Positions 50,379-59,541 of a DNA stretch of 64,000 bases are shown here, piece by piece. The DNA is from Legionellales bacterium. Its GTDB lineage: Bacteria > Pseudomonadota > Gammaproteobacteria > UBA1113. Both the position numbers and the translations under genes were made by a program. The notes below the pieces were generated by a model. The model was not told the DNA's origin. It did not search any database and was given only the letters and a program-made list of their open reading frames with translations. Position 1 is the stretch's first letter, and the number at the start of each line of letters is the position of its first letter. Where the stretch lies: contig PAPY01000040.1 in assembly GCA_002709565.1 (NCBI GenBank), positions 2,319 to 66,318 of the forward strand, read 5' to 3'.

Positions 50379-50551
50379 CGCAGTTAGCTACGTGCCACGT
50401 GCCACCGCAGATATGTAGGAAGTCTCCCTACGCACCTGCGGTGCTTCGGGAGACAGCCTAGTTAATGCCTTCGGTATGCAGGACGTCTCCCTACGCACCT
50501 ACGGCGCTTCGGGAGACAGCCTAGTTAATGCCTTCGGCATTAACTAGGCTG
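50364..50551. repeat. Hairpin array: 16-bp stem over the icmL' stop, 63-bp tandem repeat x2, and a terminal 16-bp stem
   Basis: GTGGCACGTAGCTAAC-GCA-GTTAGCTACGTGCCAC at 50364-50398. Units start at 50412 and 50475. CAGCCTAGTTAATGCC-TTC-GGCATTAACTAGGCTG at 50517-50551. Confidence 0.9.
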
Positions 50552-50610
50552 GACTCAATCCTCTAGCTATGGGAAACTGACTGATACATTGGGAATGATG
50601 GGCGTCCTCT

Positions 50611-51933
50611 ATGGGCTTTATGAAAAAAATGAAATTATCAACAGTAATGGCAACAGGTGTTGCGGGAGTATTGCTGAGTACGTCTGGATTTGCCCAACTG
50701 CCGCCCGGGATAATGCAACAGGCGGGCCAGCAGCAACAAGCAGCCATCGACCCTTTGCAGATGCAAGACATGACGCGCCAATTAATGACGATTGCTAAAC
50801 AAAACCCCGATCTCGTTAAACGTTATACCAAAGCCATGAAAGAAAACCCCCAGGCGATGCAATCATTGATCACAAAGCGCAATATCACGCCCTATGATCT
50901 CCAAAAAGCCATTGATAGCGCATCAAAGACCGCAACCCAGACCCAAACCTCTTTGCAAAATCAATTACCTCAGCCGCAACGTCCACCAGCTGCAAATCAA
51001 ACCCAAGCGGGAGGTGCCCAACAAGCTAACCAAGCACCTCAAACAGCAGCGCAAGGAGCGCCTGGTGCTGCGCAGCAGCCACCGAATTTAACGGCCGGCA
51101 AAGCTGTTAATTTAACCGCTAGTGGGGATGCAGGGGGCTTGACCGACGATCAAGAGGCTTTGGCCAACAAACAAGCATTCAAAGAAGTCCGTCGCAGTGC
51201 TTTTCCGATGAGTTCCGAGCAGATCCATACTTTTCGTAATGATCTTGATGATACCCAACGGGCCACTGCGGCTGATCCATACCATGCGCCGCCCAAGCCA
51301 ACCTCAACGTCAATGGTTGTTAATTTAGCCCCTGGTTCTACGCCGCCGGCGATTCGTTTAGCAAAAGGGTTTGTGACGTCATTATTATTTATTGATTCTA
51401 CCGGTGCGCCCTGGCCTATTGTGGCTTATGATGTGGGTGATCCCCAAGCATTTAATATTTACTGGAACAAAAAAAGCAACACATTGATGATTCAAGCCAA
51501 GACCCCTTACAACTACGGTAATTTGGCGGTGAGATTACAAAACCTCGACACACCGGTGATGTTAACGATGGTACCTGGCCAACGGGTGGTGGATTACCGG
51601 ATTGATATGCGGGTACCGGGTATGGGACCTAACGCTAAACCCATGGTATCTGGTGATGATTTACCGTCAGGGACCAATCCGATTCTGTTGGATTTTTTGG
51701 ATGGCATTCCACCAAAAGAAAGCAAGCGTTTAACGGTATCAAATACCTATGCCGAAGCTTGGTTGTTTGAGGACAAACTTTATGTCCGTACGCGATTTAA
51801 CGTATTGTCACCAGCGTGGCTAGCAACTATGGCGAGTGCTGATGGTTTACATGTGTACGAAATGCAAAAAACCCCCCTTGTACTACTCGCTCGGCATGGT
51901 AAAGCCACGCAACTGAAAGTTGAGGGTTACTAG
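50611..51933 (+). CDS. icmK: IcmK/DotH core complex protein
   Basis: VNLAPGSTPPAIRLAKGFVTSLLFIDSTGAPWPI, GNLAVRL...VDYRID, LSPAW. Confidence 0.95.
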   Translation: MGFMKKMKLSTVMATGVAGVLLSTSGFAQLPPGIMQQAGQQQQAAIDPLQMQDMTRQLMTIAKQNPDLVKRYTKAMKENPQAMQSLITKRNITPYDLQKAIDSASKTATQTQTSLQNQLPQPQRPPAANQTQAGGAQQANQAPQTAAQGAPGAAQQPPNLTAGKAVNLTASGDAGGLTDDQEALANKQAFKEVRRSAFPMSSEQIHTFRNDLDDTQRATAADPYHAPPKPTSTSMVVNLAPGSTPPAIRLAKGFVTSLLFIDSTGAPWPIVAYDVGDPQAFNIYWNKKSNTLMIQAKTPYNYGNLAVRLQNLDTPVMLTMVPGQRVVDYRIDMRVPGMGPNAKPMVSGDDLPSGTNPILLDFLDGIPPKESKRLTVSNTYAEAWLFEDKLYVRTRFNVLSPAWLATMASADGLHVYEMQKTPLVLLARHGKATQLKVEGY

Positions 51934-51935
51934 TT

Positions 51936-53354
51936 ATGGCCAGTGAACGCATGAAGAATCTATCCAGTTTACTCTCTGAGGGAAAAACGCGGACGATTAT
52001 TATTTTCACCGGGATAATTATTGTCACTGCAGTGGGTATTGGGGTGACGGGACTCATGAAAAAAACCAGCTCCAGTTCAACGGCGGGTGCTAAAGTTGCC
52101 TCTACGCCCAGTATTGCGTCAGTCCCTGGAACAACAGTAACCACCCAAGATTATGCCAAATTGCAACAACAGGCCAATGTCCAACGTTATCAAGACGCCT
52201 CTAAATCTGGCGGCAGTGCTATCTCGACCGTGATCACAAAACCATCAGACAGTGATAATGGTTTTGACATCGGCGGTCTTGCGGGCGGTGGTGGTGCCGG
52301 TGGCGCGGGCGGAGCTGGTGGCTTAGGCGGCCAAGGTGCTGATGGTCTTGGCGGAGCTGGTGGTGCCGGTGGCGCGGGCGGTGCTGGTGGATTGGGAGGT
52401 GCTGGTGCCGGTGGTCTAGGCGGACTTGGGACCGCGGGTGGCCAAGGTCAATTAACTGCGGCACAACAAGCCATGATGGATCAAATGGCCCAACAACAGG
52501 CGCTGTTACAGCAACAACTCGCGGATATGGCTAACGCACAAGTGCAACAAGAGCAACAACAAGTTCAACAAAATATGCAAAATGAAGCCAAAGCCTTATT
52601 GAGCGCCTGGAATAAAGTGCCCAATCAGCAGTATGTCGCGGGCCAACTTGAGACTCAAGGGGACAAAGGGGCTAAGGGCAATGCTAAGGATGGTGCTGAC
52701 GGTAACGGTGGCGATGGCGATGATAGCAATGGCACAGATGGTAATGGCGGTAAGAGCGGTAATGACAATCCGCCTATCGTCAAAGCCGGCGATATTATGT
52801 TTGCGGTATTGAACACCGAAGTAAACAGCGATGAGCCAGGGCCAATTTTGGCGACTATCGTGCAAGGCCCACTCAAAGGCTCCAAATTAGTCGGTGGGCT
52901 ACAAAATATGCCAGAGATCACAGGTACTAACGGCCCAGAAACAGTAACCCTGACGTTCAGTACCATCAATATGCCGGACAAATCCAAAACCTTTGGTATT
53001 AATGCGGTGGCAATTGATTCAGATACTGCCCGTACCGCGGTGGCCAGTGAAGTAGACCACCACTATTTATTGCGCTATGGTACTCTATTCGCGTCAGCTT
53101 TCATGGAAGGTTACGGTAATGCTATCACCCAAGCAGGACAAGTCTCAGTGGCATCCGATGGCACGGTAACCTCAGTACATGATAAGTTAGATCCGAAAGA
53201 AGAATTTTTTGCTGGGCTTGGTCAAGTTGGTACCAACTGGGGTAGCCAGATGAGCGACGTATTTGATCGAGAGAACACAGTCATCGTGCATTCTGGCGAA
53301 GGTTTAGGTATATTATTTTTATCCGATGTCACAGTACCATCGGATGCGGGTTAG
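51936..53354 (+). CDS. icmE: IcmE/DotG (VirB10/TrbI-like), short Gly-rich form
   Basis: KAGDIMFAVLNTEVNSDEPGPILATIV, AVAIDSDTART...DHHYLLRYG...GILFL. Confidence 0.92.
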   Translation: MASERMKNLSSLLSEGKTRTIIIFTGIIIVTAVGIGVTGLMKKTSSSSTAGAKVASTPSIASVPGTTVTTQDYAKLQQQANVQRYQDASKSGGSAISTVITKPSDSDNGFDIGGLAGGGGAGGAGGAGGLGGQGADGLGGAGGAGGAGGAGGLGGAGAGGLGGLGTAGGQGQLTAAQQAMMDQMAQQQALLQQQLADMANAQVQQEQQQVQQNMQNEAKALLSAWNKVPNQQYVAGQLETQGDKGAKGNAKDGADGNGGDGDDSNGTDGNGGKSGNDNPPIVKAGDIMFAVLNTEVNSDEPGPILATIVQGPLKGSKLVGGLQNMPEITGTNGPETVTLTFSTINMPDKSKTFGINAVAIDSDTARTAVASEVDHHYLLRYGTLFASAFMEGYGNAITQAGQVSVASDGTVTSVHDKLDPKEEFFAGLGQVGTNWGSQMSDVFDRENTVIVHSGEGLGILFLSDVTVPSDAG

Positions 53355-53379
53355 GTGCGATTCAGGAGTTTAATGATCC

Positions 53380-54366
53380 ATGGCTGATGATTTTGACGAA
53401 TTCGAAGACGCCTTTGGTGACGAAGAAGACTATCAATTCGAAGATACAGATGATGAATTTGCTGTTGGCGAGGAATCGCAGGATTTTGGGCTAGAGGATG
53501 AAGCTACCGACGAAGACATGATGGATGAAGATGACACTATCACTGAATCTATCACCAAAAAGTCCCCCCTAAAGCTCGCTATTATCGCTGGCGCAGTGCT
53601 CTTTGCGATATTTATTTTGTATCTATTGATGCGTAGCCCATCACCACCACCCCAAAAAGCCCCTAGCCAGTCGGGCCAGCAAGCAAAATCAGGCGCAGCG
53701 ATACGATCAGATGTGCCCATCGAAGCGGTGAGTCAGCCTCCGGGCATCGATAAGCAATTTGGCATGATCAATGATCAGCAAAAACAAAACCAACAGCCCT
53801 TGGCTTTACCTTCCCAAGATCAGGCTAAAATGAACCAACTGACTAGTAGTGATCGACAACAAGATAGCCAGCTGACCAAGTTTGACAAGCGGTTAACGGA
53901 TTTGGAAAAACAAACCACCACCGTGACACAAAAATTCAGTGATCTTGAGAAACAAAATGCGCAAAATACCCAGCGCCTGAATCAACTGTCCAATGGCATG
54001 ATGAATATCCAAAACGAAGTCATGAAGTTAAATGGCGCCATGCATCATTTGGTGGATCTACAAAAGAAACAACAAGCCTCAGCTCAAGCCCAACAACGGC
54101 CTGCCCCAGCTCGTCAACCTACGGCCCAAGGACGTGATGATGACGATCAATCTCAAACGCGCCAAGCGCCAGAGCCACCACGGTATTTTGTTCAAGCTAT
54201 CATCCCTGGCCGTGCTTGGTTGACCGATAGCGAAGGTAAGACCATTACTGTTACTGTGGGCGACAAAATCCACGGTTTTGGGGCGGTCACCAACATTGAT
54301 CCCCAGCAAGGGGTGGTGAAGACCAGTACCGGCACCACCATTGAGTATGGGGTCTCCGAGTACTAG
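53380..54366 (+). CDS. icmG: IcmG/DotF
   Basis: Acidic N-terminus, TM, coiled coil, YFVQAIIPGRAWL...GDKIHGFGAV. Confidence 0.9.
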   Translation: MADDFDEFEDAFGDEEDYQFEDTDDEFAVGEESQDFGLEDEATDEDMMDEDDTITESITKKSPLKLAIIAGAVLFAIFILYLLMRSPSPPPQKAPSQSGQQAKSGAAIRSDVPIEAVSQPPGIDKQFGMINDQQKQNQQPLALPSQDQAKMNQLTSSDRQQDSQLTKFDKRLTDLEKQTTTVTQKFSDLEKQNAQNTQRLNQLSNGMMNIQNEVMKLNGAMHHLVDLQKKQQASAQAQQRPAPARQPTAQGRDDDDQSQTRQAPEPPRYFVQAIIPGRAWLTDSEGKTITVTVGDKIHGFGAVTNIDPQQGVVKTSTGTTIEYGVSEY

Positions 54367-54486
54367 TCAGGGCTGACGCAAAACCTGGCGTCATGTGGGC
54401 AAATACCACTGATTTAATCAATGCTTAAGGCACAAACTGACCAAATCAATTATACTTACCCTCATTGTAGGAATGAAGGGCCGCAA

Positions 54487-55116
54487 ATGTCAGTAAAGTT
54501 TTCGAAGATTCTCCGTTATAGCCTGATAGTGCTGGGTTTATTTGCCCCGGTGGGGGTGGCTTTGGCCCAGACGGGGGGATTAAATACGCCTTCAGCCTCC
54601 GGAGTGCCAGATGTTGATAAAATGCTGGCAAACATTCAAGCTCAACTCCCCTATTTAATCCAATTTATTACCGCGTTTGCCTATGTGGCCGGGTTTTTTT
54701 TGATGTTCAAAGCGTTCTTTCACCTCAAGCAGTATGGTGAAATGCGTACCATGATGTCATCCCAAGCCGACTTAAAAGGCCCCTTGGCGAATATTTTCTT
54801 TGGCATGGCGCTGATATTCTCTCCGACCATCATCAATGTTGGTTTGACCACGGTGTTTGGTGACGCCAGTGTCTTGTCTTATCCCGGTGATAACCGCGGT
54901 TGGGATGAAATGGGACAAACAATTGTGTTAATTGTGAACTTTGTCGGTGGTGTTGCTTTCATCCGTGGCTTATTTCATCTCAACAAAGTTGGTTCCGGTC
55001 AGGCACAACAGGGTACATTTGCCAAAGGCATCATCCATTTGATCGGTGGGATCTTATGTCTGAACATCATTGGCGCTAAAAATGTTCTGTATACTACCCT
55101 TGGCTGGGCAACCTAA
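54487..55116 (+). CDS. icmC: IcmC/DotE
   Basis: AYVAG...LKQYGEMRTMMSS, AFIRG, KGIIHLIGGILCLNI. Expected position after icmG. Confidence 0.85.
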   Translation: MSVKFSKILRYSLIVLGLFAPVGVALAQTGGLNTPSASGVPDVDKMLANIQAQLPYLIQFITAFAYVAGFFLMFKAFFHLKQYGEMRTMMSSQADLKGPLANIFFGMALIFSPTIINVGLTTVFGDASVLSYPGDNRGWDEMGQTIVLIVNFVGGVAFIRGLFHLNKVGSGQAQQGTFAKGIIHLIGGILCLNIIGAKNVLYTTLGWAT

Positions 55117-55151
55117 TTGTCCTTTCCACGTTGTTTTATTCCTACTCTCCA

Positions 55152-55179
55152 TTGCCAAATCTTGAACTATCGTTATAAT
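55152..55179 (+). promoter_or_regulatory. Internal sigma70-like promoter upstream of icmD
   Basis: TTGCCA-N16-TATAAT in the icmC-icmD gap. Confidence 0.55.
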
Positions 55180-55232
55180 AAATACATCGTAGGTTTCACA
55201 ACAAGTCTAGATACATGGGGAGTAAGTTCACA

Positions 55233-55637
55233 ATGGCACAGACAAACAAAAAACACTGGTTAAAAATCATCTTAATGACCACAGCTGCATTCAGCTGTTT
55301 TTTTGTGGGGGCAGTTTTTGCTCAGGATACTCAAGGCACGATCGCAGGCATTGCCTCTAACGTCAAAGATTCTTTTGGTGCCGTTGCTCAGCTAATCACC
55401 GCAGGCGCATACATTATGGGGATGGGATTTGTGCTTGGCGCTATTTTCAAATTCAAAGCCCACAAAGATAACCCAACCCAAGTACAGATTGGTGGACCAA
55501 TTGCTTTGTTATTCATTGGTGCTGGCATGTTATTCTTACCAACAGTATTCAGTGTCACCGGTAAAACTATCTTTGGCCAAAGCGGTAAAGTCGGCGGTGT
55601 CACCGGTGTCAGTAGTTTTGGTAGCTTCTCAAGCTAA
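55233..55637 (+). CDS. icmD: IcmD/DotP
   Basis: LITAGAYIMG...IFKFKAHKDNPTQ...PIALLFI...LFLP. Confidence 0.92.
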   Translation: MAQTNKKHWLKIILMTTAAFSCFFVGAVFAQDTQGTIAGIASNVKDSFGAVAQLITAGAYIMGMGFVLGAIFKFKAHKDNPTQVQIGGPIALLFIGAGMLFLPTVFSVTGKTIFGQSGKVGGVTGVSSFGSFSS

Positions 55638-55657
55638 CCACCAACAATGGGGTTGCT

Positions 55658-56284
55658 ATGCATAGCATTACGCTGAATGCGTCGCTGTATAATTACTCGT
55701 TATTTCGCCAGCGGAAGGCAAACCCCGCCTTCCGCAAACTCGCTAAACAAATCTGGCAGCGTGATGATTACACTTGCCAGTTTTGTGAATTCCAAGCCCG
55801 TCAATTTCAAGAAATTGTCAATCTTGATCAGAACTATCGTAACAACAAAAAAGAAAACTTAGCCACGGCATGTTGTTTTTGTACCCAGTGTTTCTTTTTA
55901 GAATCTGTGGGCGAGGGTGGTTATGGTGGTGGGTTGATTATCTATAATCCTCACATGAGTCAAGGTGAAATCAACAGCCTTTGTCACGTGCTGTTTTGTG
56001 CCATGATCAACAATACGGAATACAAAGAAAGCGCGCAAGCCATGTACCGTACGTTACGAATGCGTTCAGGCATTGTCGAAGAAAAATTTGGCGAAGGCAT
56101 GAGTGACCCGGCGGCGTTTGGTCAGACGCTATTAGATTTTAAAATGGCACAACGAAAAAACCCCAAGAAACTATTACAGAACTTGCGCCTACTGCCGTCT
56201 CGGACTCGTTTCAAAAAACAAATTGAACGTTGGGCCCAACAGGCTGGCATGTCATCCCCCCCTGAAAATACGGAGACCCCCTAG
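55658..56284 (+). CDS. icmJ: IcmJ/DotN
   Basis: RDDYTCQFC...NL.TACCFCTQCFFLESVG...GYGGG. Confidence 0.95.
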   Translation: MHSITLNASLYNYSLFRQRKANPAFRKLAKQIWQRDDYTCQFCEFQARQFQEIVNLDQNYRNNKKENLATACCFCTQCFFLESVGEGGYGGGLIIYNPHMSQGEINSLCHVLFCAMINNTEYKESAQAMYRTLRMRSGIVEEKFGEGMSDPAAFGQTLLDFKMAQRKNPKKLLQNLRLLPSRTRFKKQIERWAQQAGMSSPPENTETP

Positions 56285-56286
56285 TC

Positions 56287-59200
56287 ATGCCCAGCTTTAT
56301 GGATCCCATTGTCGACGGAATCGACACCGTACTTGCTTGGTTAAGCACCGGCTTAAAGCAAACCAATGATGCCTATTGTGATCTTGAAACTGCTGAATCC
56401 CGCACTACCCTAGTAGCCCGTGATGGGTCGCTTGTGACAGTGCTCAAAGTTCACGGCGTTACCGAGATGGTTGGTAATATTGAATTTGAGCGATTACACC
56501 AAGGTATTGGCCAGAGTTTAGAAGCCACCCTTTCTCGGCCTGGTCATGCAGTTCAGGTTCTTTTTACTTACGATAAGGATGGAGTGAAGCAAGAGATTGA
56601 TAACATCTATGCCCCCGCGCGACAAACTGCAGACGCATTGCATTTAAAGCTTGATGATCTCTTTAAAGAACGTACCGAATACATTGCGCGTTACTGTGCA
56701 AAAGAAAGCGTATTTTTGGTGCTATGGACGCGTCCGAATGTCATGACGAATGAACAACAAAAACGCGCGGTCAAAGACAAACAAAAAGCATTCCGTAACG
56801 CAAAAGTGCCACCGTTTAAAGATACGCAAAATATGATTGCTGGATTTCCTGATATGCGTAATGCCCATGATTCGTTTGTTCGGGCAACGGTGAATGACTT
56901 TAATGCCTTGAATCTGTATACGGTGGTGCTTGATGTTCATGAAGCCTTGCATGAAGTGCGCCAAACTGTAGATCCGGAATTCACCGACAAATCTTGGCGT
57001 CCAGTGTTGCCAGGCGACAAGATTCCTAAGCGTTATTTAGAACGTTTTCCCGACGATATTTCAAATGTGTTGTACCCAACCCTCGCATCACAGTTAATGC
57101 CACGGGATTCTGAACGTCTAGACTTACGGACTATGCGCATTGGCGATAGAATTTATACGGCGGTATTAGTTGAGTTGTTCCCGAAAGACATTAAACCTTT
57201 TATGCATTTGTTCCAACGAGTCTTGGCCACACAAATTCCTTGGCGTATTTCTTATCTGGTGGAGAGTAATGGTTTAGCCTCCATGCAAATCAAACAAACG
57301 TTGTCGGCGATTTTGAGTTTTACCACCGCCCATAACCGTTTGTTGAATGATTCCATTAACAAATTGCGAGAGATGGAGTTAAACTCTAATGATGCTATCG
57401 TCAAGTTTCGGGTAGCTGCTTGTACCTGGGCGCCTGCCGACAACATTCGCCTATTGCGGACCCGCACTTCCCAATTAGCTAAAGCCATGCAAGGTTGGGG
57501 GAATTGCGATGTAGCAGAAATTTCTGGTGATCCTTTCGGGGGTGTGGTTTCCAGTATGTTGGGTATCTCTTCCAAAAGTGAAGCTATTGCTGCTGCTGCG
57601 CCTTTGTACGAAACTGTGTATATGATGCCAATCACCCGCCCGGCCTCATTGTGGAAGAACGGCGCTATTCTATTCCGCTCACCCGACGGTAAACCCTGGC
57701 CCTTCCAGCCCGGCTCAACCTTACAAACCACCTGGATTGATTTGTACTATGCACGTCCCGGTTCCGGTAAATCCGTATTGTCCAATGCGGTGAATTTAGC
57801 CTTGTGTTTATCCGGCGGTCTAAAACGATTACCACGGATTTCGATTATTGATATTGGCCCTTCCAGTAGTGGTTTGATTTCTTTGCTCAAAGAAGCCTTA
57901 CCGCCGGATCAAAGTCATTTAGTGGCTTATCATCGTTTGCGAATGACGCCGGAGTATTCTATCAATCCGTTTGATACGCAATTGGGTTGCCGTTATCCAA
58001 CACCCCAAGAGCGTAGTTTCTTGGTGAATTTCCTCACCTTATTGGCTACACCATTGGGTGTGGCCCGTGCTTATGATGGTATTGCCGATATGTCAGGATT
58101 GGTGGTAGATGAGCTTTACAAGAACTTAGCCGATGATGGCAATCCTTATACTTACAGTACGGACTTAGAGCCTCTGGTTGATGGCATTCTCGAAGAGATT
58201 GGCTTTGTGCGGGATTCCCATACCACCTGGTGGGAAGTGACGGATGCATTATTCTTGGCAGGCTTTGAACATGAAGCCATGCTCGCACAGCGTTATGCCA
58301 TGCCTTTATTAGCAGATGCGGCGTCCATGTGCCGCTCTAAAGCGGTGGAAGATCTCTATGGTGAAATTGTCGCACCTACCGGAGAATCATTGATTGATGC
58401 CTTCTCGCGCATGATTTCAGGTGCAGTCCGTGAGTACCCTATCCTTTCGCGCGTGACCTGTTTTGATTTAGGCGATGCGCGGGTGATTTCTTTAGACTTG
58501 GATGAAGTTGCGAAGACTGGCGGTGAAGCCGCTGATCGCCAAACGGCGGTGATGTATATGTTAGCCCGTTATATTTTGGGTAAGAATTTCTATCTCACCG
58601 AAGAAAATTTAGCGGACATGCCGGAGAAATACCACGATTATCAACGCAAACGCATTACTCAGTTGCGCGATGATCCCAAACGGATTGTTTACGATGAATT
58701 CCACCGCACATCCAAAGCCCAAGCCGTGCGGGATCAAGTTGTCGTGGATATGCGTGAGGGCCGAAAGTGGAAAGTACAAGTAGCCTTGATTTCACAATCC
58801 GTAGAAGACTTTGACTCAGTGATGATCGAGTTTGCAACGTCGATTTATATTATGGATGCGGGTCCAGCCCAATCGGTACGACGTACTGCCGAGATTTTCG
58901 GTTTGTCGGATACCGCCCAAACAGCGCTAGTTACCCGAGTTCATGGTCCACGGGAAGGTGGTTCGACCTTCTTGGCCCAGTTTGCTACTAAGCAAGGCAT
59001 GAATACCCAATTACTCACCTGTACCATTGGCCCGATCGAGTTGTGGGCATTTAGTACCACAGCTGAAGATGCCAAGCTTCGTAATAATCTCTATCGCCGT
59101 ATTGGTCCCGCCAAAGCGCGGCAAGTCTTAGCACGACTATTCCCGTCAGGTTCTGCGGCCAAATACATTGAGAACCGTCTCAATGTCGCCCGCGAGCAAG

Positions 59201-59307
59201 AGGGCCTCATTGCTGAAGTAGACGAGCTAAGCTTAGTCGACCAACTCGCCGAAGAAATCGTCGAAGCCTACAACCAGAACCCTGAGGTTAGTTCCCTGGC
59301 AGAGTGA
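56287..59307 (+). CDS. icmB: IcmB/DotO ATPase
   Basis: YCDLETA, LFRSPDGK, ARPGSGKS (Walker A), YDEFHRT, DMREGRKW, PIELWAFSTT. Confidence 0.97.
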   Translation: MPSFMDPIVDGIDTVLAWLSTGLKQTNDAYCDLETAESRTTLVARDGSLVTVLKVHGVTEMVGNIEFERLHQGIGQSLEATLSRPGHAVQVLFTYDKDGVKQEIDNIYAPARQTADALHLKLDDLFKERTEYIARYCAKESVFLVLWTRPNVMTNEQQKRAVKDKQKAFRNAKVPPFKDTQNMIAGFPDMRNAHDSFVRATVNDFNALNLYTVVLDVHEALHEVRQTVDPEFTDKSWRPVLPGDKIPKRYLERFPDDISNVLYPTLASQLMPRDSERLDLRTMRIGDRIYTAVLVELFPKDIKPFMHLFQRVLATQIPWRISYLVESNGLASMQIKQTLSAILSFTTAHNRLLNDSINKLREMELNSNDAIVKFRVAACTWAPADNIRLLRTRTSQLAKAMQGWGNCDVAEISGDPFGGVVSSMLGISSKSEAIAAAAPLYETVYMMPITRPASLWKNGAILFRSPDGKPWPFQPGSTLQTTWIDLYYARPGSGKSVLSNAVNLALCLSGGLKRLPRISIIDIGPSSSGLISLLKEALPPDQSHLVAYHRLRMTPEYSINPFDTQLGCRYPTPQERSFLVNFLTLLATPLGVARAYDGIADMSGLVVDELYKNLADDGNPYTYSTDLEPLVDGILEEIGFVRDSHTTWWEVTDALFLAGFEHEAMLAQRYAMPLLADAASMCRSKAVEDLYGEIVAPTGESLIDAFSRMISGAVREYPILSRVTCFDLGDARVISLDLDEVAKTGGEAADRQTAVMYMLARYILGKNFYLTEENLADMPEKYHDYQRKRITQLRDDPKRIVYDEFHRTSKAQAVRDQVVVDMREGRKWKVQVALISQSVEDFDSVMIEFATSIYIMDAGPAQSVRRTAEIFGLSDTAQTALVTRVHGPREGGSTFLAQFATKQGMNTQLLTCTIGPIELWAFSTTAEDAKLRNNLYRRIGPAKARQVLARLFPSGSAAKYIENRLNVAREQEGLIAEVDELSLVDQLAEEIVEAYNQNPEVSSLAE

Positions 59308-59315
59308 GAGTTATT

Positions 59316-59540
59316 ATGAAAAAATCAATAGCAATTTCAGATGAGCTTTATGAAATGGCTAGCTGCATTGCCAAAAAACGGAACTGTTCAGCTGATAGCC
59401 AGATAGAGTACTGGATAAAGATAGGTAAATGCATAGATGACAATCCTGATTTACCTGTACAATTTATCGATGAAGTCTTAAAATCTAAAAATTATAATGG
59501 AAAAGACGCCAAGCCCTTTAAGTTTAGAGGCGAAAAATAA
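59316..59540 (+). CDS. ParD-like antitoxin, orphan
   Basis: SIAISDEL...SQIEYWIKIGKCIDDNPDLPVQFI. No toxin ORF follows. Confidence 0.78.
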   Translation: MKKSIAISDELYEMASCIAKKRNCSADSQIEYWIKIGKCIDDNPDLPVQFIDEVLKSKNYNGKDAKPFKFRGEK

Positions 59541-59541
59541 C

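Noticed and set aside
50412-50537. CRISPR array
   Set aside because: Only two near-identical 63-bp units, no unique spacers, and no cas genes in the window.
52234-52464. His/Arg-rich ORF opposite icmE
   Set aside because: Shadow of the Gly-rich repeat codons.
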